Shown piece after piece: positions 44,989 to 54,913 of a stretch of DNA of 64,000 nt. Each line of letters opens with the position of its first letter. Position 1 is the first letter of the stretch. The stretch lies in the IMG/VR virus record IMGVR_UViG_3300033977_000108, positions 124,001-188,000 of that record. One strand, given 5' to 3'. The notes below the pieces were generated by a model that searched no databases, was not told where the DNA came from, and saw nothing but the letters and a program-made list of their open reading frames with translations. Made by a program: the position numbers and the translations under genes.

Positions 44989-45420
44989 CTATAGTGCCTC
45001 CGTCAACGCATGTGACTCCTTTAGGTCTTTGTCTAATACCTTATCTAGTGCTTGGTGCAATTTCTTCCTCACGGTCTCATTATCATCACGCAGGCAATAG
45101 ATATCTCCTGTCAGTTCAATCTCTACTTTAGCATAGGTAGCTATGGAGCCTTCCACTTTGCCTCTATTTTCAACCGGAGTATCTCCAGCCAGGTACAACA
45201 GTGCCTGCCCGAACTCCATGGCTTGCGCACCTGTCAGATTAGCTACAGTCGTTTTCGATCTGGACCAGTAGCCTTCGATACTCAGTCTTATGTTATCGTC
45301 GTCGGCTTTGGTCAATTCCAGATTTCGTAGTCGTGCCCTGGTGGCAGAACCCGGCCAGCCAGTTGCCTTTACTTCTAGAACTATCTTGCCCGGCGCACTT
45401 TTATCTATCCAGCGACTCAT
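44989..45420 (-). CDS. Hypothetical protein
   Basis: LTGAQAMEFGQAL motif. Confidence 0.6.
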   Translation of the reverse strand: MSRWIDKSAPGKIVLEVKATGWPGSATRARLRNLELTKADDDNIRLSIEGYWSRSKTTVANLTGAQAMEFGQALLYLAGDTPVENRGKVEGSIATYAKVEIELTGDIYCLRDDNETVRKKLHQALDKVLDKDLKESHALTEAL

Positions 45421-45686
45421 AACTTGTTCTCGCCGGTTAGATCCGCGGCGCTTGGTATGTCCCGTATGTGCAGCTCTGTATCCTCCCCAAAACCTAAACC
45501 GGCATAGATTTGCTCCGCTGTAATTGGCAGCAGATTGGAGATAACAACGGTGATTTTCAATCGACCGGGCCTCGCATCCTTGTCGAGGAAGGCAGTTGCT
45601 TCCAGCATGGAGTTCGGGTCAATCAATGGGGTGCCATCAGAGCACTCAAAAATCGGCCAGAAGGTTATTGTCTTCGCTTGGTTCAT
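45417..45686 (-). CDS. Hypothetical protein
   Basis: AGGAG RBS. Confidence 0.55.
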   Translation of the reverse strand: MNQAKTITFWPIFECSDGTPLIDPNSMLEATAFLDKDARPGRLKITVVISNLLPITAEQIYAGLGFGEDTELHIRDIPSAADLTGENKL

Positions 45687-45873
45687 AGTCTCCTATACAT
45701 TCTCCTTTATGCCCCCTTATTCGGGCGCAGTGGATAATCAAAGACACCTTACCGTTGCTGATATAGCCATAGCCCGGGCATTTATCGCCCAGCAGCCAAT
45801 GAAAAAGCCTCACATACCAGGGAGACATGTGAGGCGTATCTAACCAATACTTTCGTATTGTATTATTAAGCAT
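45646..45873 (-). CDS. Hypothetical protein
   Basis: Coupled to the RNR stop. Confidence 0.45.
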   Translation of the reverse strand: MLNNTIRKYWLDTPHMSPWYVRLFHWLLGDKCPGYGYISNGKVSLIIHCARIRGHKGECIGDYEPSEDNNLLADF

Positions 45874-48450
45874 TCATCCTCCTCCGCATTTGTTATACGG
45901 GCAGACTAGGCATCTTACGCAGCCCTCGGCCCGCACCAAAGTGTATCTGCCGCATTGGGGGCATATCTTATCCAACTCCTCCCCTACCGGAGGGCCTGTG
46001 TATTCCTCTATCGGGGGCTTGGGCTCGGCCGTCGCTGCTGTCTCAGTGGGTACCACGGCCTGTGTAAAGTACTCCTGGGCCATTTCCAATACCTGGGCTA
46101 TGGCCTGGGCAATGGAAGTCAAAATATTGCCTCTGAGCACAATAGTGCTCTGACCAAGCGTTCTGTTAAGCTGCTTCTGTATCTTTTGGATGGGAATCCT
46201 TGAGCGTAGCAGCAAGCTCAACAGTCTGCCTGTCAGCTCCCAGGCCTCATTGCCGGAGTTTTCCCTAATAAAGACTTCAAGGATGCATTTCAGGTCGGGA
46301 TCGTAGTTTACCGTGACATAGACGGTGCCGTGGGGCGTATTTATCTTCCAAGTGGCGCCTGGTAGGAGATCCGCCCTATGAATGTATCCATTTGCTTCCA
46401 CTTTCTCGGCGGGTGCCTCTACGATTTGGGGCAGTTCTTCTATTTTGGATGCTGCTGGCTCTACTTTTGCCTCCTTTTTCAACAGTACCCCTTCTCGGCA
46501 TCCGTCCCTGTATACAGTGACCGATTTACAGCCCAGTTCATGGGCAAGTTCGTACACTTGTCGTACATCTTCTATTGTGGCAGCGTGGGCCAGGTTCACG
46601 GTCTTTGATACACCGTTGTCGCAGTACTTCTGGAAGGCAGCCTGCATCCTAACATGTTCTTCTGGCGTGACTTCGTGGGCTGCGACTGCGTAATCCGGCC
46701 AAAACTTGGCTTCCAATCCAGCCACAATGTCTTTCCGACTATTATCATCCCATGCTTCCTTGAACCAATGGACATACTCACGCGTGCCGACTGTATCCTG
46801 CCGTTTCATTTCGTAAGCAAAGACCGGTTCAATACCTGAGGAGCACTCGGCAAGCAGGGAGATGGTTCCTGTTGGGGCTATTGTAGTTACTTGGCAATTC
46901 CTTACGCCATACCGGACTGCTCGGTTATATAGCCCTTCCTTTGGATCATAGTCGAAGTTGGTATTGGCGTAATCGTATTCGAGCTTATTTAGCTTCTCAC
47001 AAAAGAAAGAACTGCTGTCATAACTGGCAGTATTATACTGTGGATAGGCCCCATACTTAGCAGCGAGTTCTGTGCTTGTATACCACGCCCAGTAATCAAT
47101 GAATAGCATCACCCTCTCTGCCAAGTCGAGAGAGTCTTTGGAGCCGTAGCGTATGCCAAGCATCAGCAGCAAGTCAGCCCAGCCCATTACGCCTAATCCC
47201 ACCGGTCGGCTATCCAGGGTGACCTTCTTGATTTCCGGTATAGGATATTCATTGATATCTATAACAGCGTTTAGATAGTAGATGGCGGCTATTACTGTCC
47301 CTTTCAGCCGGCCCCAGTCAATCCTATTGACAACAGGGTTTTCCGTCTTCGTGAATGCGCCCCAACCTTCCTTCACAAACTTGGACAGGTTTATTGAGCC
47401 CAGGATGCAAGATGAATAAGGCACTTGCCAGTATTCGCCGCATGGATTGGATGTAGCTATCTTGCCCATCTGCGGCACTGGATTATCCTGGTTGATGCGG
47501 TCGATAAACGCTACTCCAGGTTCCCCGGAGGCCCAGGCGGACTCTACTATGCGCTCCCAGACCTCTTTAGCAGGGAGAGAGTAGATCTCAACACCGTCTT
47601 TCCCCTGCCGACCCGCGAATTTAGCATTGAGGCTGCCTCTTGGATCTGTTACCCGATAGGTGCCAGTTGTCCATTCTGAGTTATGCACCTCGTATTGATG
47701 GTCGTTTTCTACCGCCTGCCAGAATTTGTCTGTGATTTTCACTGTCAGGTTGAATTCACTATAAGGTGCCACCCAATCAGTGAAATGGAGTACCTCCTCT
47801 GCCCCCTCTTTCCCGAACTTGTAGTCATCCATTAGCTTCTTCACGAGAGCGGGCTTTGTTTCGCGCTTACAGTCAATAAAGTGAAGGATTTCCGGGTGAT
47901 GAACGGACATTTGGCCCATCATGGCACCGCGTCGGCGCCCGCCTTGGGCGATGGTGCGGTTCATAGTTTGAAAGGCGGTCATGAAAGACAGCGCGCCGGA
48001 TGATACGCCACCGCTGGAGGTGATAGTTCCTGTGGTGCGCAGGTCGCTGAAGTCCATACCAATGCCACCACCTAACTTTCCTATGATCGCGCCTTCCCTC
48101 ACAGCTTGGTAAATCTCTCGTATGGAGTCGCCGACCGGCAGGATGAAGCAAGCACTGCCCATCTCTATTTTATTGCCTATATTGAAGTAAACAGGCAGGT
48201 TAGCAAGGAACTCCTGATTGTATTGCATGCGATAGTATTCGTTTGCCCAGTATGTATAGTCAGATGCCAGGTTCGCAATAACCTTGGGCTGCGCGTCCGT
48301 CTTTTGGGTAGGGTCAACGGTAAATCTGGCCAGCCGGGCTGATACCCTATCGCACATGCCCTCAAAGGTCTCGGCAATCTTCCCGTCTTTGTCCCTCATC
48401 AAGCAGAAAGCTTCAAGCACCGCTTGTGTATTAGGTTGTAGTTTTTTCAT
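45874..48450 (-). CDS. nrdJ: Class II (B12-dependent) ribonucleotide reductase with C-terminal TSCPD/Zn-ribbon
   Basis: SACF, GGG.G.DFS.LR, GG.RRGA.M, NPCGE, C.LGSINL, TIAPTGTIS, S.GIEP, SKTVN; no beta subunit nearby. Confidence 0.92.
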   Translation of the reverse strand: MKKLQPNTQAVLEAFCLMRDKDGKIAETFEGMCDRVSARLARFTVDPTQKTDAQPKVIANLASDYTYWANEYYRMQYNQEFLANLPVYFNIGNKIEMGSACFILPVGDSIREIYQAVREGAIIGKLGGGIGMDFSDLRTTGTITSSGGVSSGALSFMTAFQTMNRTIAQGGRRRGAMMGQMSVHHPEILHFIDCKRETKPALVKKLMDDYKFGKEGAEEVLHFTDWVAPYSEFNLTVKITDKFWQAVENDHQYEVHNSEWTTGTYRVTDPRGSLNAKFAGRQGKDGVEIYSLPAKEVWERIVESAWASGEPGVAFIDRINQDNPVPQMGKIATSNPCGEYWQVPYSSCILGSINLSKFVKEGWGAFTKTENPVVNRIDWGRLKGTVIAAIYYLNAVIDINEYPIPEIKKVTLDSRPVGLGVMGWADLLLMLGIRYGSKDSLDLAERVMLFIDYWAWYTSTELAAKYGAYPQYNTASYDSSSFFCEKLNKLEYDYANTNFDYDPKEGLYNRAVRYGVRNCQVTTIAPTGTISLLAECSSGIEPVFAYEMKRQDTVGTREYVHWFKEAWDDNSRKDIVAGLEAKFWPDYAVAAHEVTPEEHVRMQAAFQKYCDNGVSKTVNLAHAATIEDVRQVYELAHELGCKSVTVYRDGCREGVLLKKEAKVEPAASKIEELPQIVEAPAEKVEANGYIHRADLLPGATWKINTPHGTVYVTVNYDPDLKCILEVFIRENSGNEAWELTGRLLSLLLRSRIPIQKIQKQLNRTLGQSTIVLRGNILTSIAQAIAQVLEMAQEYFTQAVVPTETAATAEPKPPIEEYTGPPVGEELDKICPQCGRYTLVRAEGCVRCLVCPYNKCGGG

Positions 48451-48685
48451 TATTCTCCTTTGCTCTATGGGCCACCTCTATTAGCGCGTGGCCCAGCTCT
48501 TCAGCTTTTTCTGGATTGAGAAATAAGGTTGCCCTGTATCCATTCCTGGGGCCGATCATGCGTAGTCTAACTCCGTATTCTTGACCCAGAAATCCGAAGC
48601 GGCTTGCCCATACCACTACTTTAGAATTGGCCGTGCTCCAACAAACGCCTTGTATAGTAATGGATTGATCGGTTTCAGGGTCCAC
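48431..48685 (-). CDS. Hypothetical protein (paralog of upstream gene)
   Basis: GTG start with AGGA; GP..GY...L.PE.AEELGH motif. Confidence 0.55.
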   Translation of the reverse strand: MDPETDQSITIQGVCWSTANSKVVVWASRFGFLGQEYGVRLRMIGPRNGYRATLFLNPEKAEELGHALIEVAHRAKENNEKTTT

Positions 48686-48917
48686 TATGTATTCCTGCGG
48701 CTTTGGTGCCCTTAAGCCTCGCCTCTGAAGCCTGCGAGAGCAATAAGTGGCCAAGCTCCTCTGCTTCTTCTGGGGATAGCAATTGGTGTTTGGCATAGCC
48801 TCCCAGCGGGCCGCAAAGGATAAGGCTAACAGTGTTCGCGCTACGCACATCCACATAAGCCAGGCCCCTCATGATGCCTCTAAACCTCAGTTCTGTGCCA
48901 CCATACCAGTGTATCAT
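48675..48917 (-). CDS. Hypothetical protein (paralog of downstream gene)
   Basis: GPLGGY...LSPEEAEELGH motif. Confidence 0.55.
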   Translation of the reverse strand: MIHWYGGTELRFRGIMRGLAYVDVRSANTVSLILCGPLGGYAKHQLLSPEEAEELGHLLLSQASEARLKGTKAAGIHSGP

Positions 48918-48986
48918 GCGGCTTTCTTACTCCTTCCGTTATCAACTCTGTCGGCGAAGTATTCCTTGCCCACACTGTCTCTGTGT

Positions 48987-49679
48987 TCATAGAGGCTCGC
49001 CCTTCTTGAGCTTATCCAGCACAGCTTTCAGGTAGCCGAGCAGCCTTTCGGCATTGCCGAACTTTTCCTCCGACCATTGATAGATAGGATGGTCGCTGCG
49101 CAGCACAAAGGCTGGGTGGGGCATGCAGTAGAACAGCACACCAGGAAGTAACCTATCATTGGTGAACCAATCGCCTTGCCCATAAGGATTGTCTGCCCCG
49201 GCGAACTGCTCCTGAGCCACCGCCCCAAGCAATACAACCACTTTCAGGTTAGGCATAGCACGCAGGACATTCAGGCAGCGAGGGAAGCACACAGCCAGTT
49301 CTTCCTTGTCCGGTGGCCTGAATTCACCCTTGCCAGGCTCTTTCGGGTCTTTCTTCACACGCGGCGTAATACATTGGAGAACATTGCCGATAAAACTGTC
49401 TTTATCGGCGTTTATCCCCAGGAAACTACACCACTTATTCAGCAAGTTGCCGCCTTCTCCCATCATGGCTCGGCCGGTTTCCCACTCTTTGTCGGCCGGC
49501 ATAATGCCTATCCAAGCAAGGCTGGCCTTCGGATTACCGCGCCATACGAAGCCATAGTTATTGGGGAACTTGTAGCCCAAAGCGCAATCGCGGCACTTGC
49601 CGGTATAGCGCTTTATTGTCTGTACTACATCTTCCTTCTTGCTGGCAGGGAGCTCTAATCCAAGATTCAATTGGTTCAT
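48987..49679 (-). CDS. Uracil-DNA glycosylase family 4-like
   Basis: C..C.L, GNP.A...IG..P, N...C, RPP..E...C, HPA..LR. Confidence 0.85.
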   Translation of the reverse strand: MNQLNLGLELPASKKEDVVQTIKRYTGKCRDCALGYKFPNNYGFVWRGNPKASLAWIGIMPADKEWETGRAMMGEGGNLLNKWCSFLGINADKDSFIGNVLQCITPRVKKDPKEPGKGEFRPPDKEELAVCFPRCLNVLRAMPNLKVVVLLGAVAQEQFAGADNPYGQGDWFTNDRLLPGVLFYCMPHPAFVLRSDHPIYQWSEEKFGNAERLLGYLKAVLDKLKKGEPL

Positions 49680-49822
49680 GGCGGCGGTATCCTATTGAAG
49701 ACGGAGTCTCTTAATGCGCCCCGCCACACAGCCATAAGAGCCAAGGTGAAGCCGCACAAAAGCAGTAGATAGAACTCCCTGTGTATCATCTCCGATAGTA
49801 AAAACCTTATGAAGCGCTTCAT
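49676..49822 (-). CDS. Small membrane protein (48 aa)
   Basis: Hand-translated; ATGA overlaps at both ends. Confidence 0.6.
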   Translation of the reverse strand: MKRFIRFLLSEMIHREFYLLLLCGFTLALMAVWRGALRDSVFNRIPPP

Positions 49823-50322
49823 ACTTTGTTGCCAATCACGGTCCCAGGGGATGTATCAACAATCTTTATTTGTATGCCGGCTTCGTCCAGCATTTCCTTG
49901 GCAATCAATAGATCGGGCCCCCAGCGTGGATTGTCGTATTCTGGCGGTGTTGTGACAATCCTCTTTATCCCAGCCTGGATTATCGCCCTGGCGCAGTCCG
50001 TGCAGCAAAGGCTCATAAGATAGATGGTGCAACCCTCCATAGGGATGCCTATCCTTGCCGCATTGTAAATAGCGTTGCGCTCCCCGTGTTCGTACCACCG
50101 GTATTTCAGCGGGCGTTCGTTCCGCGCTTTGACATTGTCATTCAGCCCGCGGCACAAGCCATTGTAGCCCGTCGCCCGTACTACATGGCTGTCGTCAGCG
50201 ATAACAGTGCCTATTTTAGTTGATTCGTCTTTGCTCCAGCCTGAGATGTATCGCGCCAGTTCCAGAAGCCGTACATCCCAGTTCACTTTTTCACTCATCT
50301 TTCCTCCTATGATTGCACGCAA
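49819..50322 (-). CDS. dCMP deaminase
   Basis: S.D...KIG, TGYNG, EHGERNAI, C.DCA.AI.Q.GIK. Confidence 0.9.
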   Translation of the reverse strand: MRAIIGGKMSEKVNWDVRLLELARYISGWSKDESTKIGTVIADDSHVVRATGYNGLCRGLNDNVKARNERPLKYRWYEHGERNAIYNAARIGIPMEGCTIYLMSLCCTDCARAIIQAGIKRIVTTPPEYDNPRWGPDLLIAKEMLDEAGIQIKIVDTSPGTVIGNKV

Positions 50323-51470
50323 GCCAATAGGTAGGTTGCAGTCTGCTCAGCGTTGTCATTGTCTAATAGCAAGACCCTCGTGCTATCAGTAGTAGTAGTA
50401 ATAGTCAGCACATTGCCGCTATTCTTCAGCATTATGGGGGTCAAGTATCTGGCATTCAAGTACATAGTATGTGCCAGTTTCTGGGCTGGGTCGGCGCCGT
50501 TGACTGATGCGCTGAAACTACCAGTCGTCCTGCCGCCAGTGCTCAAGCTCAAGGTATTACCCTTGAGTACGATTTTTATCTTGCCGTCGTCGGCGAAAGG
50601 TATCGCGCGCTGTAAGGCCTGCCGCAGTATATTATAGTCTATTTTGAAGGAGCTGCCAGCTATTTTATGAGCCTGTTCCAGTGCCAGGTTAGGGTTGGGG
50701 AAAGGCTCGGTGAGCAAGGAAACCCCAAAGAATACTCTCGCGAACTTGAAGAATACCTTGGTTGGTTTTCCGTCCTCGCCCTTGTCAAACACTACCTGGA
50801 CTAACTCCTCCTTGGCTCTGGATAGCAGAGACTTCAGAAAAGCTAATCCATAGCCTGGAATCAAGGCTTGGTGGCCAGGCCCTGGAGACTTCTCGTCTTT
50901 TGAATAGGCAACGGCCAGGATGTTCCCGTCGGTTGCCTCAGCAACGTAGCCATCCTGCACTGTTTTCAGATTGACGCCGGACATAGCTATAGTCCGGCTC
51001 GCAGTAGTGCAGAATTCGGTCCTGGCAATCATCTCGGTCAACTTGTCGGCCTCCATTTCAAATAGAGGCTTTTCCTTGAACGGCATAGTATCTACCAGAG
51101 ACTTTATGCCTGGATCGCCGGCGCCACCCAGCACCATGCCCTTGCCCAGGCTGGACTTGAAGTCAAGGTTGCCGCTATTGCTGGCTGACAATTCCACTTC
51201 CTCTTCTTCCGGCAAGTTATAGAGAAAGTCCGTCAGCAATCGGGGACGAATAGTTACCGAGCCAAGGGTCTCCACTTCCACGGGCAGGCTGACTAATGTC
51301 TTTGCTATCATGTCGGTAGAGAACATTAGCAGCCTCTGATTGCCTTTATCTTTCTCGCCCAGCGTGTACATGTAGAGCCAGCTGCTGGGTAAGTCTTCTC
51401 TCTTTCCTATTGTTATGGCCGCTTGGGTCAGGGCCTCAAAGAATTCACCGGCCTTGGTTTTTAGTTTCAT
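50307..51470 (-). CDS. dnaN: DNA polymerase III beta sliding clamp-like
   Basis: 387 aa; T.F...L.GV.L, ATDG..LA, FPN, NARYL patterns. Confidence 0.75.
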   Translation of the reverse strand: MKLKTKAGEFFEALTQAAITIGKREDLPSSWLYMYTLGEKDKGNQRLLMFSTDMIAKTLVSLPVEVETLGSVTIRPRLLTDFLYNLPEEEEVELSASNSGNLDFKSSLGKGMVLGGAGDPGIKSLVDTMPFKEKPLFEMEADKLTEMIARTEFCTTASRTIAMSGVNLKTVQDGYVAEATDGNILAVAYSKDEKSPGPGHQALIPGYGLAFLKSLLSRAKEELVQVVFDKGEDGKPTKVFFKFARVFFGVSLLTEPFPNPNLALEQAHKIAGSSFKIDYNILRQALQRAIPFADDGKIKIVLKGNTLSLSTGGRTTGSFSASVNGADPAQKLAHTMYLNARYLTPIMLKNSGNVLTITTTTDSTRVLLLDNDNAEQTATYLLACVQS

Positions 51471-52162
51471 TGGCCCCCTTTAGCTGTCTTCTCCTTCTTG
51501 AGTTTTATCATGCAGTCGGCGCAGAATACGCCGTTGTATTCACGTTGGGCTCTTGCCAGCACCGCAGTAGCTGACATTTCCTGGCTGTCGTGTTTGTAGG
51601 CGGTGATTTCGTTACCGCACTTCTCGCACTTATGCTTTGGCACGGCCCATTCTGGGAGCTCTGGTATCTCTAACAGCTTCTTGCTTTCTTTGTCGTACCT
51701 CACCCAGAAACGAGGCAAGTCATAGAGATAGCGGCCCAGTCCGAAGGGCACGCAGGCACGCTTGAAGGCCTGGGCTTCGGCCGAGGTGGCTCCGTTCTCA
51801 TCGCTGGCCTTGTCTTCGCCCAAGCTGGTGTGGTCTACCCTGTTTGCGTAGTTGCCGTGTGGGAAAAGTATGGTTACGGTGGCCTCTACGATTATTTTAT
51901 CGCCCGTGGTCCAGACTATATAACTAGAAGTCCAGTTTGTCGGCCCGACTATGACATTTAGACGGTCAATGTAGGCGCGCGGGTCGGCGTGGGCAACAAC
52001 CATCGCTTTGCATTTATCCCCTTCGCCTCTAACGAGTTGCGGTTTCCACTTGATATCGTCCCTGTCAAAAGGCTCGCTGAGCCTTGCCAGTATCTCTTTC
52101 CTCTTTGCTTCGTTGTTATTTTCCACCTGTTCATCTGTGGTGGTTTCTATGGTATCACTCAT
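51467..52162 (-). CDS. Rad52/22-family (Sak) single-strand annealing protein
   Basis: L..PF...DI.WK, R...DRLN..VG..NW, AFKRA.V.FG.GRYLY. Confidence 0.88.
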   Translation of the reverse strand: MSDTIETTTDEQVENNNEAKRKEILARLSEPFDRDDIKWKPQLVRGEGDKCKAMVVAHADPRAYIDRLNVIVGPTNWTSSYIVWTTGDKIIVEATVTILFPHGNYANRVDHTSLGEDKASDENGATSAEAQAFKRACVPFGLGRYLYDLPRFWVRYDKESKKLLEIPELPEWAVPKHKCEKCGNEITAYKHDSQEMSATAVLARAQREYNGVFCADCMIKLKKEKTAKGGQ

Positions 52163-52282
52163 TGGGGGTCCTCCTTCTTGATTTCTCACGCAGTTTGGCT
52201 AAGCGCTTCCTTTGGCGCCTATGCACAGCAGCCAATTGTTTATGGCTGCGCAGTCTGGTATTTCCATCGCGGCTTGGCCTAT

Positions 52283-52552
52283 TCACTTTACCTTATCCAA
52301 CACATCCATTGCGTATTTCGGAATGCCCTGGGGCTCCACGCGAACCGCCTGCCAGGCAGCCGGCCCGTGGTTAGTGTCGTTCCATATCTTGAAAAGGGCT
52401 CTGTGTATAACATTGTCAGGATATAGTATAACAGCTTGGAACCTTTCCTTATTGATTTTCAGTACCCTGCCAAAGGATGGCATTCCGCAATTGCTAGCAT
52501 AGACAAAGAAGTCGCCTACCGTTAATTCTTTGAGGTATCGGTCTGTCATCAT
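52283..52552 (-). CDS. Paralog family X member 5
   Basis: D...EL.VGDF.VY ... V.P.GIP..AMDVLDK. Confidence 0.65.
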   Translation of the reverse strand: MMTDRYLKELTVGDFFVYASNCGMPSFGRVLKINKERFQAVILYPDNVIHRALFKIWNDTNHGPAAWQAVRVEPQGIPKYAMDVLDKVK

Positions 52553-52875
52553 TTTGCCTTATCTAAGATAGACATTATCTTGTCTGGTACCTCCCGGGGG
52601 GAAATTACTATAAACGCACGGCGGGAAATACTGGCTTTGTAATAAGGCTTTGGCTTTAGCACGGATTTCATGAGCTTTGGGTCCCACATGGTTCTGCCCG
52701 GCGCGGCAACCGCTACCGTAAGACTGTCATCCTGTATCATCGTTATTTTGGCTACGCGCATGCTTACGCTTTGTCCATAACCCGCGCTCGCATAGACTAT
52801 AAAATCTCCTCTGTGCACCAGCCGGCCGAGAAAGTCGGTATCTGGTTCTAGGATGTTGGTAGTTCCATCTGACAT
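52549..52875 (-). CDS. Paralog family X member 4
   Basis: DFLG..V..GDFIVY ... ISP.EVP..IM.ILDK. Confidence 0.65.
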   Translation of the reverse strand: MSDGTTNILEPDTDFLGRLVHRGDFIVYASAGYGQSVSMRVAKITMIQDDSLTVAVAAPGRTMWDPKLMKSVLKPKPYYKASISRRAFIVISPREVPDKIMSILDKAK

Positions 52876-53243
52876 GGATCTGTCTCCTCCAGTACTTTTG
52901 CTATTACTTCCTCTGGGATGGCAGCTGTTACACACTCCTCATCACTGTCGCAGGCTCTGAATTGAAAGAATACACCTTCCTCATCAATTATCATCTGCAA
53001 TGAATCTACAGATATGGGCTCGGCTTTTATGACCGAATCACCGTAGCATTGCAAGCCCGTGCAGCCTGTATAGTTATGTGACAGCAATTGGGAGTCTTCT
53101 TTCAGGAGCTCCTTGAAGGCGTGCAGACGCCTCATAATCAGTTCGGCTAGCGGCTCGTCCAGGTCCAATACGCAATACCAGGGAACTTTTGCCTCTCCCC
53201 CATACCAAGCGAAGCTTATTACGGGTACGATTAGCTGCTGCAT
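52848..53243 (-). CDS. Hypothetical protein
   Basis: GAGGAGG RBS. Confidence 0.6.
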   Translation of the reverse strand: MQQLIVPVISFAWYGGEAKVPWYCVLDLDEPLAELIMRRLHAFKELLKEDSQLLSHNYTGCTGLQCYGDSVIKAEPISVDSLQMIIDEEGVFFQFRACDSDEECVTAAIPEEVIAKVLEETDPCQMELPTS

Positions 53244-53306
53244 TTGTCCTCCTCTTCGAACCGGAGGAGTACCCCGTTATCCACGGCCCCCGCTAGATAA
53301 ATGCGC

Positions 53307-53600
53307 TTACCGTTGCCGTCTCTCTGCGGCAGACTTTTTGCCATGTTTCATCTCCTTCAGTAGGGCGTCTATAAGTGCTGTGGATTCATACCTTGTAATC
53401 TCCATCCAAATACCGACAGCATAAGACACGCCTTCTATAAATCCATACTCGAATCGAATACGATCTCTCACGTCTACGAGCAGTGCTTTCCACTCCTTGG
53501 ATCTGGAGATCCTCTGAGCCATGGTCAAAGCATCATCAGATATCCATGTCGGCAGTGGCTTCTGGTTGAGCTTGCGACCTACTACCAGTACTGTTGGCAT
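53307..53600 (-). CDS. Hypothetical protein
   Basis: Coupled ORF. Confidence 0.5.
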   Translation of the reverse strand: MPTVLVVGRKLNQKPLPTWISDDALTMAQRISRSKEWKALLVDVRDRIRFEYGFIEGVSYAVGIWMEITRYESTALIDALLKEMKHGKKSAAERRQR

Positions 53601-53925
53601 ACTTGGGCCTCACTGTATCTAGCAAAGTCATGAACCGATTAGGTATTTTCTCCGGTTCTATTACAACCATGTCATTTGGTTTATTCAGTACCTTCTCACG
53701 GATTAGCATCTTTGGCTTATAGTCGGTATCCACATTGCATCGGATGCTTATATAGCCAAGTCTCACTTTGCCATTATCGTAGTACTTCCTATCGTGCCAT
53801 GTGGAGTAGTGCTTCCTGGGTACGACCTCGATGACTCTTGCCAGGTTCAATCCGTTGGCGTAGTAGATAACGAAATCCCCAGGCTTAATCTCGTGATCGA
53901 GCTTGTCTAAGACGTCGGTTTCCAT
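53536..53925 (-). CDS. Paralog family X member 3
   Basis: DKLDHEIKPGDFVIY ... IEPEKIP..FM.LLD. Confidence 0.65.
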   Translation of the reverse strand: METDVLDKLDHEIKPGDFVIYYANGLNLARVIEVVPRKHYSTWHDRKYYDNGKVRLGYISIRCNVDTDYKPKMLIREKVLNKPNDMVVIEPEKIPNRFMTLLDTVRPKYANSTGSRSQAQPEATADMDI

Positions 53926-54179
53926 GAGTTTAACGCCAGCCTAATGTTATCCGGGATGATGTCCGGATGGATGATGACAGAGCGCGCGGAATCATTCACC
54001 ACTTGTCTGTGCACTTTGTCCTTATCGTACCACCCTGATCCGTAAGCCACCACGGAGGGCTTGTGCTCTCCGATGGCTATTACTTTACCCACTCGGAGAT
54101 CGCCCATGTACTTGCCCTGCTTACACTGGAAAATCAGATAGCAGCCGATGGTAAGTTCGTGGTCAAACATGTCTTTCAT
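53907..54179 (-). CDS. Paralog family X member 2
   Basis: DMFDHELTIGCYLIF ... IHPDIIP..I..AL. Confidence 0.6.
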   Translation of the reverse strand: MKDMFDHELTIGCYLIFQCKQGKYMGDLRVGKVIAIGEHKPSVVAYGSGWYDKDKVHRQVVNDSARSVIIHPDIIPDNIRLALNSWKPTS

Positions 54180-54469
54180 AAGATTGGTTTCTCCTTATCC
54201 AGTACATCCATCGCCTGTTTGGGAACGCCTTCTGGGGCTACCCTCAGAGCTTGTCTTAGGTACATTTCGCCCGGTGGGACGGGTGGCTTGGGATATGCAC
54301 CGCTATTGTATGCCCATAGTGTTGTTCGATAGAGCTGGGGTCCGAACACAGCCACTCTAACCTTATGTGGCGGGGTGATCTTGAGGATCCTTGCCCAGTT
54401 GAGATTGGTTGAGGCCTTGACGATGAAATCGCCGGGCTTTAGTTCAAGCCCCAAGTCGTCGTAGAGCAT
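54176..54469 (-). CDS. Paralog family X member 1
   Basis: DDLGLELKPGDFIV ... VAPEGVP..AMDVLDK. Confidence 0.65.
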   Translation of the reverse strand: MLYDDLGLELKPGDFIVKASTNLNWARILKITPPHKVRVAVFGPQLYRTTLWAYNSGAYPKPPVPPGEMYLRQALRVAPEGVPKQAMDVLDKEKPIL

Positions 54470-54517
54470 ACGGTCTTCTTCTCCAGCTTGTCCATTATGA
54501 ATTCCGGCAGGGCGCCA

Positions 54518-54913
54518 TCATTGCTTATCGCGGGCGATATTAGCTGCATGTTGCCCCTCTTTCTCGATGTAGTAGCGGGTCTCCCAGGGCGAGATAGAGT
54601 CCTGGTTACCATGCTTGGCGATGTCCTCCGTATATGGAGTACTACCATTGGGTGGGAACGCGGGACCCGTGCAGTATACGATTAGGTCAAAGTACTCCCC
54701 GTCATTCACCATGATATCGCCAGTAACGGCGATCCCTTCCGAACCCGATGCACTCGCAGAAGCACTACTGAGTGCCATATTTATCATATTCCTCAGCCTG
54801 GTCAGCCCTTCTGTATTGCCTACTATGAATGAGGCATCATGCCAGACACCAGGCCCGAATACATGCAGTGTAGGGGCCTGTACAAAGCGCTGGCTGCAGA
54901 CTATGTCTTTCAT
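54518..54913 (-). CDS. Hypothetical protein
   Basis: WH..S.IVGN.EGL..L...DGE.F motif. Confidence 0.6.
   Translation of the reverse strand: MKDIVCSQRFVQAPTLHVFGPGVWHDASFIVGNTEGLTRLRNMINMALSSASASASGSEGIAVTGDIMVNDGEYFDLIVYCTGPAFPPNGSTPYTEDIAKHGNQDSISPWETRYYIEKEGQHAANIARDKQ

Noticed and set aside
45874-48450. Intein or intron in the RNR, RecA or helicases
   Set aside because: Catalytic motifs are contiguous and lengths are normal; no Cys...His-Asn intein boundaries.
54439-54648. Possible sixth remnant of paralog family X (…LPEFIMDKLEKK)
   Set aside because: Only a weak C-terminal resemblance, and it overlaps two better-supported genes.
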